DNA from: Podarcis liolepis
Lineage: Eukaryota
DNA: 64,000 nucleotides
Assembly (NCBI GenBank): GCA_965112155.1
Contig: OZ218098.1
Direction: 5' to 3' (one strand)
Part shown: positions 26,877 to 39,245 of the stretch, in pieces
Position numbering within the stretch: the stretch's first letter is position 1
Layout of the letters: each line of letters begins with the position of its first letter
Program-made: the position numbers and the translations under genes
The notes under the pieces: model-generated
What the model saw: the letters and a program-made list of their open reading frames with translations, nothing else
What the model was told of the DNA's origin: nothing
Databases searched by the model: none

Positions 26877-27347
26877 ACTTGCACACGAAAACAAAGTTTA
26901 CCACAGCCAATCACAAACAACCACACCTTAAGCCAACCCCAACCTCTCTCACCACCAAAGGAATACAAGAGAATAGTAAAGAGAACCCGTATAAGCAATG
27001 CTGACACAAAACCCCACACATACACTAAGTAGAACAGAAGCACTGCCCCCCACCCCACTTCCACTCACCATGCCCCCTCCCCCTCTTTCCCCCTTTTCTT
27101 CTTAATGTAACACTAATGAGTCAACAAATGAAACTGATCTGTAGAAAATGTAACTTGAAAAAAAAGAGATTGCACATACTTTTGTAAACCAAGAGATCTT
27201 TAATAAAAATAAGTTTATTTGTTGTTGTTGTTTTTCAAAAGTAGAGCAGAGGTATAGAACGCTATAACCTTGTATCAATTCCTAGCTCTTAACATTCAGA
27301 ATTCAATCCTTCATTAAATTTATATGCTTCCTTTAAGAACATAAGAC

Positions 27348-27749
27348 CATAGCTGTCAACTTTTCCCTTTTCTTGTGAGGAATCCTATTCGGAATAAGGG
27401 AATTTCCCTTTAAAAAAGAAAAGAAGAAGAAGAAGAAGAAGAAGAAGAAGAAGAAGAAGAAGAAGAAGAAGAGGAGGAGGAGGAGGAGGAGGAGTTTGGA
27501 TTTGATATCCCACTTTATCACTACCCAAAGGAGTCTCAAAGCGGCTAACATTCTCCTTTCCCTTCCTCCCCCACAACAAGCACTCTGTGAGGTGAGTGAG
27601 GCTGAGAGACTTCAGAGAAGCGTGACTAGCCCAAGGTCACCCAGCAGCTGCATGTGGAGGAGCAGGGAAGTGAACCCGGTTCACCAGATTACGAGACTAC
27701 CGCTCTTAACCACTACACCACACTGGCTGTGGAAACATTGACAGCTATG
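27348..27749. mobile_element. Small hAT-like MITE split by a SINE insertion
   Basis: CATAGCTGTCAA ... TTGACAGCTATG; flanks CATAAGAC / CACAAGAT (6/8). Confidence 0.7.
27417..27727 (-). mobile_element. tRNA-derived SINE with expanded (CCT)n(CTT)n tail
   Basis: Same family as 15971-16260; tail seen as (GAA)n(GAG)n at 27417-27494. Confidence 0.85.
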
Positions 27750-27930
27750 CACAAGATGCACCTGCTAGATCAGATCAACTGCCTGTCTCCTCATCCAGCA
27801 TGTTGTCCCAGAGGCCAACTAGATGCATGTGGGGAACCAAAAGCAGAACCCAAGGGCAAGACCACTCTCGCCTTCTAAAGTTTCAAGCATTACTGACTCA
27901 TTTCCCTCAAGATCTCAAGTCAGCGTACAC

Positions 27931-28066
27931 CAGGCATAGGCAAACTTGGCCCTCCAGATGTTTTGGGACTACAACTCCCATCATCCCTGACCACTGGTCC
28001 TGTTAGCTAGGGATGATGGGAGTTGTAGTCCCAAAACATCTGGAGGGCCAAGTTTGCCTATGCCTG
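27931..28066. mobile_element. Palindromic hAT-Charlie MITE (URR1/MER5-like)
   Basis: Perfect 58-bp inverted arms with a 20-nt loop; GGACTACAACTCCCATCA motif also seen in degraded copies (1-35, ~19480-19600, ~20610-20690, ~29180-29310, ~29770-29870). Confidence 0.85.
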
Positions 28067-30958
28067 ATGTATAAGGTCATTCCCCCCCCCCCACACCTCA
28101 TATTATTCAGTTTGACAAATACTTCTAACATTCGTTGCCAACAGTATTGTAGAAGACACAAGATTCTTGGAAGTGTACTCTGGGTCATTATCCTATATGC
28201 ACATCCCTGAGAATAAATTCCATGGAATTTACTTCTCTGAGTAAATGTACATAGAACAGGACTGTTGACTTGGCACAGTTCTTCAGTATTTGAACGTGAC
28301 TAAATTTTTTTAGACACTTTTTCTTCATGTGAAAAGAGTGCACATGATGGGCAAGGAGAAAACCAATTCCATGCCTTTGTCCTCAACTTCCCAAAGTCAG
28401 AATCCATCTAGAATTCCCCTCTTCCCCCAAATGTTGGCTGTTTGGTCGGATCTAATAGTCTTCAAACACCAGAAAAGAAGAGTCAGGTTTTTCGCTCCTC
28501 AAATGATACTTACAAGGCCATTCTCTCTCCCTCTTTAGTTTAAAAATGAGGTTGATAATGATAATGTTCCTCCCATAGAGAATCTCCTACTTTTTAATGA
28601 TACCCATAGTTTCCCCTTTACATAAATGNNNNNNNNNNNNNNNNNNNNNNNNNNNNNNNNNNNNNNNNNNNNNNNNNNNNNNNNNNNNNNNNNNNNNNNN
28701 NNNNNNNNNNNNNNNNNNNNNNNNNNNNNNNNNNNNNNNNNNNNNNNNNNNNNNNNNNNGGCATCTGTGTCAGTAACCCTGTGTTCCTTAAACAATTGTA
28801 TACATACATTCTCCTAAGTGTTGTTGCTCACAGGATTTTGCAAGTGAAATTCCTTTCTGGTGCTATACCACTGAGATGTTAAAACTAAAAACAGCAAAAA
28901 AAGAAAAGGGGGGGAAAGCTTATATTTCCCTTCCTATATCAAAGCCACGTGGAGCCAAATGAAATAGAATTATCTGGAGTTTACTGTACCTTATCCCGAC
29001 AGCCACTCAGTGTAACACGTCATAAGCATGATCACATAAGGCTGAGAGTTATTTAGTAATACCATGTTGGAAATGTATTTAGTAATGCAACAGAAAGTGT
29101 ATATTTTAAAGATAAGAAGATCCAAATTAAATAATCTGAAATACAATGATGAAAAGCATGTGCTATATACTACAGCAAGAGGTAGCAAACCTGTGGTCTT
29201 CCAGATATTTCTGGACTGCATCCCAACATCCCTGACTCTTGGCCATGTTGGTCGAGGCTGAAGGGAGTTGGAGTCCAACACTATCCGGAAGGCCACAGGG
29301 CCTCCACCTCTGGACCATGGCTTTTGCTGACCTGGTCGTAGTTCTGCATGCCTTAGTCACATCTAGTTTGGATGGTCACAGCACTTTGACATGGAGTGGT
29401 CTCTGAAGATTCAGAAACTTCAGCAGGCACAAAATGCTGTTTCAAGCGCTCTTGAAGCAGGTTAACTCTGCTGCGGAATCACCTGCGCTGGCTATTGGTT
29501 TGTTTCCAGGTACAATTGAATGTACCACTGCGGACTTAAACTATTTAAGAACAAGGTATCTAAACTAAGGACTGCCTGCATTTATATGAATCTGTCCATT
29601 CATTAAGGTTATTTGGCAAGATCGTTTGTGAATTGTTCCACCACTGGCTTAGCAATTGTCCAAAATACACAAGAAAGCCTTTTCTGTTTTAAAATCCAGA
29701 ATGTGGAACTGGCAGTCCAGGGAGTAGCCAATATAGCAGGTTTGCCTCAGGGATAACTAATGTAGGGTTGGACTTCAACTCCCATCATCCCTGACCATTG
29801 GTGAAGCTGGCTATGGCTGATAGGAGTTGTAGTTCAACATTATGTAGGACACCATATTGTCTGCCCTTGGTCTAACTTATTCCACTGCTGACTGAAAGAG
29901 TGTTGCATTTTTGCTGAGCTTTTAGTACTGCTTTAAACAGTTTTCATTTACTGGCTCGTTATTGTTTTGGGTTGCTGTTGGCTTTCACTTTCACTTTGCT
30001 GTATATCTGATTGTTGTTGTTGTTGTTTACTCCAAACTGGTGGTATTATCTGTAAACCACCCTGAGCAAGTCCGTTAGAAACAAGAAAGGCAAGATATGC
30101 ATCTCTTTAGTAAATAATGAAATACATAATCAACATCCCTACTCTTTCAAACTGTTTGTAGATAATGACAGACTGAGACAAAAAATGGAATTATTTACAG
30201 GATGCAGAATCCTGCTATGGACTTCATTGTGAAACTAAAATTATGTTTGGAGCAAAACTACCAAGTTAGTCCATTTCTCAAGCATGGGCAGAGTGAATTT
30301 GAATGTAAGTGTTCCTCAAAAGAAAACAAAATGGTTGCATTTTTGCTTTATGAATGTGAAAGGTGAAGGCCTTTTATAACAATAGCTTACAGACAGGTAA
30401 GATTGTTCCTGCAGAAGAGAAGGGCTTTGAAACCTATCCCCAGATAGCCTTGGACAAGTCCCATAGACTTCAATAGGACTTTGCCATCTGATTTTGGCTG
30501 GTATGGTCTAGTGCAGGAATAGCCAACTGGCAGCCCATACATGGTCCCTTAAGCCATTTGATCTGGCCCATTGCAGCCCCACTGAGTTTTAATCCAAATG
30601 TATCATCACTGTTACATTTGGATTACTGTTGTTAAAGAATAGTGGATTCGTTGCACCCAGATTCAGTGAAATCTGACACCATGAAGGACAGGGAGATAAC
30701 TTATTCAGCAGCAGTAGGAAAGATAGAAACAGGCCATAAATTTGATTTCCACAAGGGCTTTTTAAGTTACGTTTCCTTAGGCAAAGGTACTTGCTCAGGA
30801 GAAAGGTAAGGGTTGGGGGGTGGGTTTAAGAAGAATGGTCAGGGATCTGCTGCCACTCCTAGGATCTGCCACCTGATGCCATTGCCCCATTCTGTCTAAT
30901 GGTAAGGCTGGTCCTAAAATGTGAAGTGAAAAATTTACATTTCCAGAAGTCTGGAATA

Positions 30959-31183
30959 TAGTAGGAGCTTGGGTTACAGACGCTTCAGGTTACAGACTCC
31001 ACTAAGCCAGAAATAGTAACTCGGGTTAAGAACTTTGCTTCCGGATGTGAACAGAAATGGTGTGGTGACAGCGCGGAGGCAGCAGGAGGCCCCATTAACT
31101 AAAGTGGTGCTTCAGGTTAAGAACAGTTTCAGGTTAAGAAAGGACCTCCAGAATGAATTAATTCTTAACCTGAGCTACCACTG
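30959..31183. mobile_element. Tigger-like MITE, degenerate copy
   Basis: Body aligns by eye to 6854-7095; right end CTACCACTG|TA. Confidence 0.8.
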
Positions 31184-31568
31184 TATGTGATGGGCACAGA
31201 GAAGGGTGTGCACTAACATGCACTAACCATGTGTCACCAGCTGTTTGAAATTGTGTGTATCTGCTTGATGCTTTAGTACTACAAATAACAACACACCAGG
31301 GTCGACCCAAGAATGAAGCGGAATGAGAACACCATCTCAAGCGGTGGGTGAGTGGGTAAGAGTGGCGAATTAGCACGCACGCAGATCTACAGCTCTCCTC
31401 ATTTTTGATTGCCAGCCCAGCTGCTGGCACCACCTGCTTACCCAGTGAGGCAAATTGTTGCTGCTTCCCCCTGTCCCTCCCTTCCGAACTCAGAAAGGGC
31501 TAAGGGCATCTTGGTGCATAGTGAGGCATTCTAGAAATGGTGTCTGGGACAGTGCCTGTAAATACCAT

Positions 31569-32159
31569 TGTGGCAAACTGTGGCAGCAGCGCACCCACCC
31601 TCCTGGCTACTGTGCTCAGAATGCCTTGGTCTGAGGAAGGACCCTATTCGTTCTGAACCCCCGGCCTACCTGATGGCAAGTCCCGCTGCTGTATGGCAAG
31701 TCCAAAGTTCTGCAGCCAGGAAACACGGTCTGGGGGGTCAATCCAACAGTCTGGAAGCACAGTCCAGGGTCAATCCAAGGAAGCCGAAACCAAAGTCCAG
31801 CAATCAGGAAACACAGTCCATAGGATCCCATACAGGTCCTGGACCATCCAAGCCAAGGCCCATCAGCATATATAGCTGAGCCAAAACTGCACCTCAGCTC
31901 TGCTTTCCTTTGAATGCTGATTGCAGCATCTAGGCTTGACGAGTTATATGGCCCTCACCTGTCCTGAGCCTCCTTCCCTAGCTAATGAGCCCCACCTGGG
32001 CTGTGAGCTCTTGCCTGCTTCAGCCTCCCAGAGGATATCTCCTGCTGCTCCCTATGCCTCAGAGCCCCCTTGTTCATGGAGATGGGGGCCTCTCTGGCTC
32101 TGATGAGGGGTCCTGCTCTTCTGGTCCTGGCACACTTGACCTCCCACCCCACCCCCTCA
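31569..32159. mobile_element. Possible solo LTR
   Basis: TG...CA ends flanked by CCAT/CCAT; internal AGTCCA-like short repeats; GC shift relative to flanks. Confidence 0.3.
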
Positions 32160-33644
32160 CCATGCTCAAGTCAGGCCTGCAAAAGATGGCCACACAAAAA
32201 GCGCACTCAGTTCAGAAAACACAAAGAGGCTCTTACTTTCACATGGGAACTGAAAATATGGATTTTTCAGAACTCCACAGTATTTATAAACTTGCCCTGA
32301 AGACCACACACAGGCAGTGGGTCCTATATTGTACTCTCTTACCAAGTGGTAATACACAAAGCCATTATCCTATGTTGCTAAATTTAGTAATACAGCGTGC
32401 AAAGGACAAGATGCAGATGTGAAAATCCAATAGAAGAATACAGTTAGTAACAGTTAAGAGTTCCAAAATATATGGCGAATTTGAAAGTTCTTAAGAAAAT
32501 AATAATATTTAACAAAGCTCTGACCTGTTCCCTGATTGTTCTAGATTTAATCTTTTTTTGTAAACTCTGTTTCCTCACCTTTTAAACGTTTATTTCCATG
32601 TGGTTGGATCCAAAATAAGTTACTTGCACTCAGTTCCGGCAGAAATCAGTGGGACAAACTATTCATGATTTCAGTGGGAAGCAAGTTCCATTAATTTAGT
32701 CTGGATTCAGCACAACAAATGCAAATGAGAGACTGGAAATGTAAACTGCGTATTTTTATTATTTTATTCTTTATTAAATTTATATACCACCATTCATCAG
32801 AAAATCACAGGGCAGTTTACATGAAGATCTCTGTGTGGAAGTCTTCAGGGGAAGGAATGTAAGCAGCACTAAGCTGTTCTGCCCAAGCTGCATGCCTTGT
32901 GATCCAATCAATACACATTTGTTAAGAGACATTTTTGGACTAAAAAGTCCAGGTTCTCAGAATTTTGCATCTCAGAACACTTTTATTTTGCAAATCAGAA
33001 GGGAACTAGGAAAATCTATAAAGGAGAATACAGAGTTTTATATATTTTAAATGCATCCCATCCCAATTTACTTGATGCTGTCCAACTCATTTTTTCCCAA
33101 ATGACTTGGGTACATTTTGCTCCCATACCTTAGCTGTATTTATCTAATAAGCACTTTCTGACTACTAGTGTTGCAATAGCAGTTTTCACAGTAGTTTTGG
33201 TGTCAAATTGCCCTTTCCTCAGCAGGGATTGTTAAGCCTTTCTGTATTATACTTCCAACACTCTCATGAGCTGGAGTTGGGAGATATAAGGTTTTCTTTG
33301 AAGTTTGCATTTCAGAACACACTGGGATGCAGAGGAGCTCCAATTCCACAGCAGTTAAACAATTCTGGCACAGAGGGACTAGGACTAAATAATGTACCAA
33401 ATTTTCTAATTATGTCCTTGTGACATTTACTACACAATGTTAGGTGAAAGCAGATTCTAATCAATGTAAAGCTTCTTGTCTAAACAGGATATCTGGGGTT
33501 GTTTTTTTAAAAAAAAATACTCTATTTGTTCTCTCAGGATTTTCCTAGGACAATCCATCAGAGGACTAAAGCTGTGAAAACTTTTCAACCTACCCCCATT
33601 AAAAATAAATAAATCTATATATACCTGTAACTCAGAATAACACT

Positions 33645-33775
33645 ATGCTCATCTAATGAAGTGCACTGTTGTCCATGAAAGATTATGCCATAATAGCTTT
33701 ATTAGTCTTTAAGGTACCACAAAATTCTTTGTTTTTTTTGCTGTAACAGACAAACAGAGTTGCCTCTCTGGAAAC
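33645..33775 (+). mobile_element. Old Penelope terminal fragment with decayed hammerhead
   Basis: CAT-CTAATGA-AGTGCACTGTTGTCCAT-GAAAGATT-ATG followed by TTAGTCTTTAAGGTACCAC. Confidence 0.5.
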
Positions 33776-34153
33776 TGTGAAAACTTCATGCTGTTTCAAT
33801 GTGGTTTGTCCAAACCATCCATTCACCACAGGAGATATCTGGGGCATATGTACCTGGACCCCTACATTCAGTTAACCCTCTCATGATCAAGCTCAACACC
33901 TAAATAGGACTTCTGTTGATACCTGTGTGAAACAACTAGTGCCTGGTTCACTAAAAGGAGACTTTCTCACCTTGGACCCATTACTCTACTATTCATCGCT
34001 ATGACAACACCTCCACTTTCTTGTGTGAAATGTGAGATGTCTTCAAAATGTCTTTTAATGTGTTTTAAGTTCTTTAGAAGCAATTGTAATGAACATCAAA
34101 AGATCCTTCTGTTCTTTAAAAGCAAAGGTGTTGGAGATTGGTAACTTTTATTT

Positions 34154-34806
34154 TGTCCATGGAGTTTTCTTGGCAGGAATACTGGAGTGGCTTGCCGGTT
34201 CCTGCTCCAGGTGGATCACGTTTAGTCAAAACTCTCCACTATGACCTGTCCATCTTGGGTGGCCCTTCATGGCATAGCTCATAGCTTCTCTGAGTTATTC
34301 AAGACCCTTCGCTACAACAAGGCAGAGATATCACCTTGCCGAAAAAGGTCTGTATAGTTAAAGCTATGGTTTTCCCAGTAGTGATGTATGGAAGCGAGAA
34401 CTGGACCATAAAGAAGGCTGACCAGCGAAGAATTGATGCCTTTGAATTATGGTGCTGGAGGAGACTCTTGAGAGTCCCATGGACTGCCAGAAGATCAAAC
34501 CTATCCATTCTTAAAGAAATTAGACCTGAGTGCTCACTGGAAGGACAGATCCTGAAGCTGAGGCTCCAATACTTTGGCCACCTCAAGAGAAGAGAACACT
34601 CCCTGGAAAAGACCCTGATGTTGGGAAAGATTGAGGGCACAAGGAGAAGGGGATGACAGAGGATGAGATGATTGGACAGTATTCTCGAAGCTACTAACAT
34701 GAATTTGACCAAACTGCGGGAGGCAGTGGAAGACAGGAGTGCCTGACGTGCTCTGGTCCATGGGGTCACGAAGAGTCGGACACGACTAAACAACTAAACA
34801 ACAACT
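34154..34806 (+). mobile_element. BovB/RTE LINE: 3' ORF end in sense with an inverted 5' segment
   Basis: KVCIVKAMVFPVVMYGSENWTIKKADQRRIDAFELWCWRRLLRVPWTARRSNLSILKEI; tail GACACGACTAAACAACTAAACAACAAC; 34154-34325 resembles the reverse complement of the BovB 5' region. Confidence 0.88.
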
Positions 34807-35331
34807 GCTTTATTATTATTATTTTTAAGCCGAAGCCTGATAGCAGTATCAGGCCCACCGCTAGAATTCATTTTTCAAACCCTTTCCATCAAGCATTGAA
34901 TTCAAGTCACAATAGCCATGTTGAAGCTGCATATCCCAGAAGTCCACACATCCTTGACTCTTATTCCAGAGCCAGTTTTCTTTTGAGGGCAGGCCTATGG
35001 CCAGGTCAATGCCTGAGTCTATTTCCTTGGCTGCTCTCACCCCCTTCTCCTTGGGCTCATGGGAGATTGAGGTATGTGGAGGAGCAGCTGCAGCGAAGGC
35101 AGCTGAAGATTGCTCCAAATATTGGCCCCCACTGTAGTATGGCAGACATTTACTTCATCCATTCCTCTTCCAGCCACTGAGTCCAGAACAAAGCAATATG
35201 CCCTTCATGCAGAGACACAATCTGATGCTTAAACTATACCGTTAGCCCTGTGGCATATTTATTCAACTGATTAATTTGATCCTAGGTATTTTACTCAAGT
35301 TGTGACACCTAGAAAGTCCTGTTGTCTAGAG

Positions 35332-36508
35332 CAGTGTTTCCCAACCTTTTTTGGGCAAAGGCACACTTGTTTCATGAAAAAAATCTCAAGGCACACCACC
35401 ATTAGAAAATGTTTAAAAAATTAACTCTGTGCCTATATTGACTACCCTAATTTTCGCCCTATAGGACGCACCGGCCCATAGGACGTACCTAGATTTTGGG
35501 GGGGAAATAAAGGGAAAAAAATTATTCCCCCCCCCCAGACGCGGGGCTGGGGCGGGAGAAGCCCGAGCTTCCCCCGACCCCAGCCCCCAGAATGGGAGCC
35601 AGAGTGGCTCCCGGAGCTTGCGGGACTGGGGGTGGGGGAAGCCCGAGCTTCCCCCGCCCCCAGCCCCCAGAAAGGGTCCGAGAGCGATGGCAAAGGTGAG
35701 CGCACCTTCGCCATCACTCCCAGAGCTTGCGGGGCTGGAGGTGGGGGAAGCCAGAGCTTCCCCCACCCCCAGTCCCCAGAAAGGGTCCGAGAGCGATGGC
35801 AAAGGTGAGCGCACCTTCGCCATCACTCCCAGAGCTTGCGGGGCTGGAGGTGGGGGAAGCCAGAGCTTCCCCCACCCCCAGCCCCCAGAAAGGGTCCGAG
35901 AGCGATGGCGAAGGTGAGCGCACCTTTGCCATTGCTCCCGGAGCTTGCAGGAGCTGGGGGTGGTGGAAGCCCGAGCTTCCCCCGCCCCCAGCCGCCAGAG
36001 CAGGTCAGAGAGCGATGGCGAAGGTGTGCGCACCTTCGCCATCGCTCTGGGACCTTGCGCGGGCTGGGGGCGGGGGAAGCCGGAGCTTCTCCCGTCCCCA
36101 GCCGGCAGAGCAGGTCGGAGAGCGATGGCGAAGGTGTGCGCACCTTCGCCATCGCTCTGGGACCTTGCGCGGGCTGGGGGCGGGGGAAGCCGGAGCTTCC
36201 CCCCTCCCCAGCCCCCCGAACAGGTCAGAGAGCGATGGCGATGGTGTGCGCACGTTCGCCATCGCTCTCGGGGCTTGGGAGGCTGCGGGCGGGGGAAGCT
36301 GGAGCTTCCCCCGACCCCAGCCCCCCGAACGGGTTGGAGAGCGATGGCAAAGGTGCGCGCAGCTTTGGCATCGCTCTGGGAGCTTGCGCGGAGCTTGCGC
36401 GGCTGGGGGGATAGCTTCCTTAAGCCTGGGGAGCCTCCCTCCCACGGCACACTAGGCAACGTCTCACGGCACACTAGTGTGCCGCGGAACACCGGTTGGG
36501 AAACACTG
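35332..36508. mobile_element. Non-autonomous hAT element, same family termini as 43517-44686, different cargo
   Basis: TIRs CAGTGTTTCCCAACC / GGTTGGGAAACACTG; perfect 8-bp TSD GTCTAGAG (35324-35331, 36509-36516), fitting the Charlie-type NTCTAGAN target; last ~73 bp differ from the other copy at 3 positions. Confidence 0.93.
35540..36415. repeat. GC-rich tandem array, ~7 units of 109-110 bp, each with two palindromes
   Basis: GAGAGCGATGGC recurs at 35680, 35789, 35898, 36008, 36118, 36228, 36337; hairpins GAGAGCGATGGCGAAGGTG-tgcg-CACCTTCGCCATCGCTCT and GGGGCTGGGGGYGGGGGAAGC-nnnn-GCTTCCCCCRCCCCCAGCCCC. Confidence 0.92.
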
Positions 36509-38974
36509 GTCTAGAGATCATGGATCTCTCTTCCCTCCCCATCCCTCTGTCTACCTGGATCCCTTTCTCTTTTCTTTTTGTCTTCCTTTCTCTCCTCATG
36601 CAGAGTTTCTCTTTATGTATTTCCTTCTTTACGCTTTCACATGGCATTTCCTGGGGGGGGGGGATTCTGGCTTAGGGTGTGGGTGAGGTGGCACATTGTT
36701 TTTCCGTCCCGGACGTTGACAAAGAAAAGAAAAGAAGAAGCAGTGAAATTCGGCCATTGACAATAAAACAGAATCTCTGCCCAACAAACAGCTCTGTAGT
36801 GTAATGTTTTGAAAAGGCTTCCAGACAATCCACTTCAGACAGAAGGATGAAACCCACAGGGAAGGCCAAGGGCCCTTTATAGACACTCAGAGGAAAGTGG
36901 AAAAATAAGATGTAACACCCTGAAGTTTGATAAGTACATCCTCAGTCACGGCCTTTTTAGGTGAGAATTTCCAGAGGAAGGCACTCAAAAGGACATTAAG
37001 ATTCTCCTTAGGGGATTAATCACTGTTTTGGTTGTTACCTTTTGTTATAGCCATGACACCCAGTAACCCTTGTGGCTCAAGACAACAGATGTCCTTTTGT
37101 GCATCTGTTTTAAAGGGAAAATGTTTGCTTTCTCCTTAAAGTGTGGGTGCATATCTTTTTATAAATACACACATGCACGCGCACACACACACACACACAC
37201 ACACACGTATGTAATAAAGTGCTAACCAGCTGTAAGATTAGTATGGTAACTAATTTGAGAAGGTGATGGACAGATTATAAATTTGATTACAGAAATTCTT
37301 TTTTCAAACGTCATTTCCTCCCTCCATCTATGCCTCATTTTGATGGAGAAGTGTATCCCCTTACACTTAAAAAAAAAAAAAAACACCAACCAACCTTAAG
37401 AGCATGTTATGAAAAATAACAAAGAATAGCTGAGAACTCTGAAAGTGAATGGCACTTCAGATGAAGTTTAGCAAATTAAGTCATTGACCTGCAGAGGAGA
37501 TTAATACCAAACAAGGTGCCCCTTCTTCTGAAGTAATGAATATTCTTCAAACAGCAAGGGAGCACTGACTGCTGTTTGATGCTGATGACATTGAAAATTT
37601 AGGAGAAGAGAAATTCCATCATTTTTCATTTGTATGCAAATGCGCCTGTTCCAGAAATTAACCCCTGAACCCCATGTCAGTTTTCATCTGGAGGAATTCT
37701 CTCTTGCCAGCGCCACACAGAGCAGCCTTGTTGCTGTCCCGGGGTCACTGGGGCTTCCCCATGTAAAGCTAAACAAAACACATTAGGTGGGGGGGGGGAG
37801 AAGCAGCAGTGGGATTGGGGGGTTAGTGAAAGGGACCAAACCAGAATGTCAGGCTTTGTTTACCCCTTCCCTCCCTCCCACACCGCCCATTAGAGCAATA
37901 GAAGCAGAGGCACCTTGTAAAATGCACTTTTCCAACGCAGGGCCCTGCATTCGAGCATAATTGAAATGCAAAAGGCGGCCCAGCCGTTCACAGCCACCAC
38001 TAATCACTTCCACTAGTCTTAAGGTGAACCATGGGACAATATACAAATCCTATTGCTCTTCCTTTCAGGCAGGTCTTTGGCTGTTAGAAAAGTCCCTTTG
38101 TGTCTTAGCACCTTAGACAAATGCCACTATCTGCATGTGAAGGGGAAAGAGGTGATTGAGGGTCCCCCCCCCTTAAATTGATGTGGATTTAATTATGCTA
38201 ATTTAGACAGCTGTAAAGCTCCCTCCCCTTCTTTCCTACAGTCGCATAAAGGGACCAGCAAATACAGGTGTCCTTCACTCCAGGCGTTTAATATTTAACC
38301 TCAGCAGTTTTTGTAAAGAGAAGGCAAATGCTTTGGTAATGGTTAACAAGCACAGACAGTTTCCTAAAGGCTTAATGGAGGAACTCTTAACATTTAATAC
38401 TTCCGCATGACAACCTTACAGGTCTCCCAGAAGGAAACACAAAGCAAAGGGGGCCCTTCCCATCCCAGCATTGTATATAAAAAATCTCCCAAATGTGAAC
38501 TGGGCCTGAGTCTGTGAGCTAGGGTGGGGAGATATACAGCGAACAGAACCCACTCACAGAACCAAATCAGGAGATGCAGAAGTTGGTACGCAATAAGAGT
38601 GACCACGCACACATCGTCAAAAAAAGCGGAGGGGAAATGTATCACAAAAAGGATAGAACCTGATACCATGTTGCATTGAAATTTGTATACGCCAATAATT
38701 TTGAAAGAATTACTATAATTGAAATAGAAACGCAATCCATCTCACCATGAGGAAGACTGCAACCAGGCATCCTGTGTGTCTGCTCAGGTGCTAAATGTTG
38801 GTCAGGATAATCAAGATAGACAAACAACAACAACAAAGATAATATGGGCACAACCTCCCTCCCACCCCCACCCCACAGAGTGTTTCTAAGTTGAACAAAA
38901 GGAATACAGAGTAGTGTGCACTATTAAACAATAAAATACAGAGACATTGGATTCTTATCTTATTATACATGACT

Positions 38975-39245
38975 AAGCCATTTCTCACCTTCTCACCCCT
39001 TGCCTTTTCCTGTAAGACCTATTACAGTCGTTAAGAGTCGTCAACAGGCTCATCTCAGCTATCTGCCAATCTCCCATTCCCACCACCCTTCTGAGTAATA
39101 CCCCTCCCCACCTTCTCACTATATAGAAGGATCTGGCAACTTCTGTTTCAGTGTATCTGAAGAAGTGTGCATGCACACGAAAGCTCATACCAAGAACTAA
39201 CTTAGTTGGTCTTTAAGGTGCTACTGGAAGGAATTTTTTTATTTT
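38975..39245 (+). mobile_element. Penelope-like element terminal fragment
   Basis: CTGAAGAAGTGTGCATGCACACGAAAGCTCATACC...TTGGTCTTTAAGGTGCTAC. Confidence 0.75.
39153..39190 (+). ncRNA. Minimal type-I hammerhead ribozyme (Penelope-associated)
   Basis: Stem I GUAU/AUAC; core CUGAAGA (39157-39163) plus extra A; stem II GUGUG/CACAC with CAUG loop; GAAA (39179-39182); palindromic AGCU stem III; predicted cleavage after C39186. Confidence 0.72.

Noticed and set aside
35540-36415. CRISPR-like array of palindromic repeats
   Set aside because: The sequence between palindromes is itself repeated (no unique spacers), no cas genes, eukaryotic context
35413-36514. Long overlapping ORFs (up to 359 aa)
   Set aside because: Products of a GC-rich, stop-poor palindromic tandem array, open in many frames on both strands
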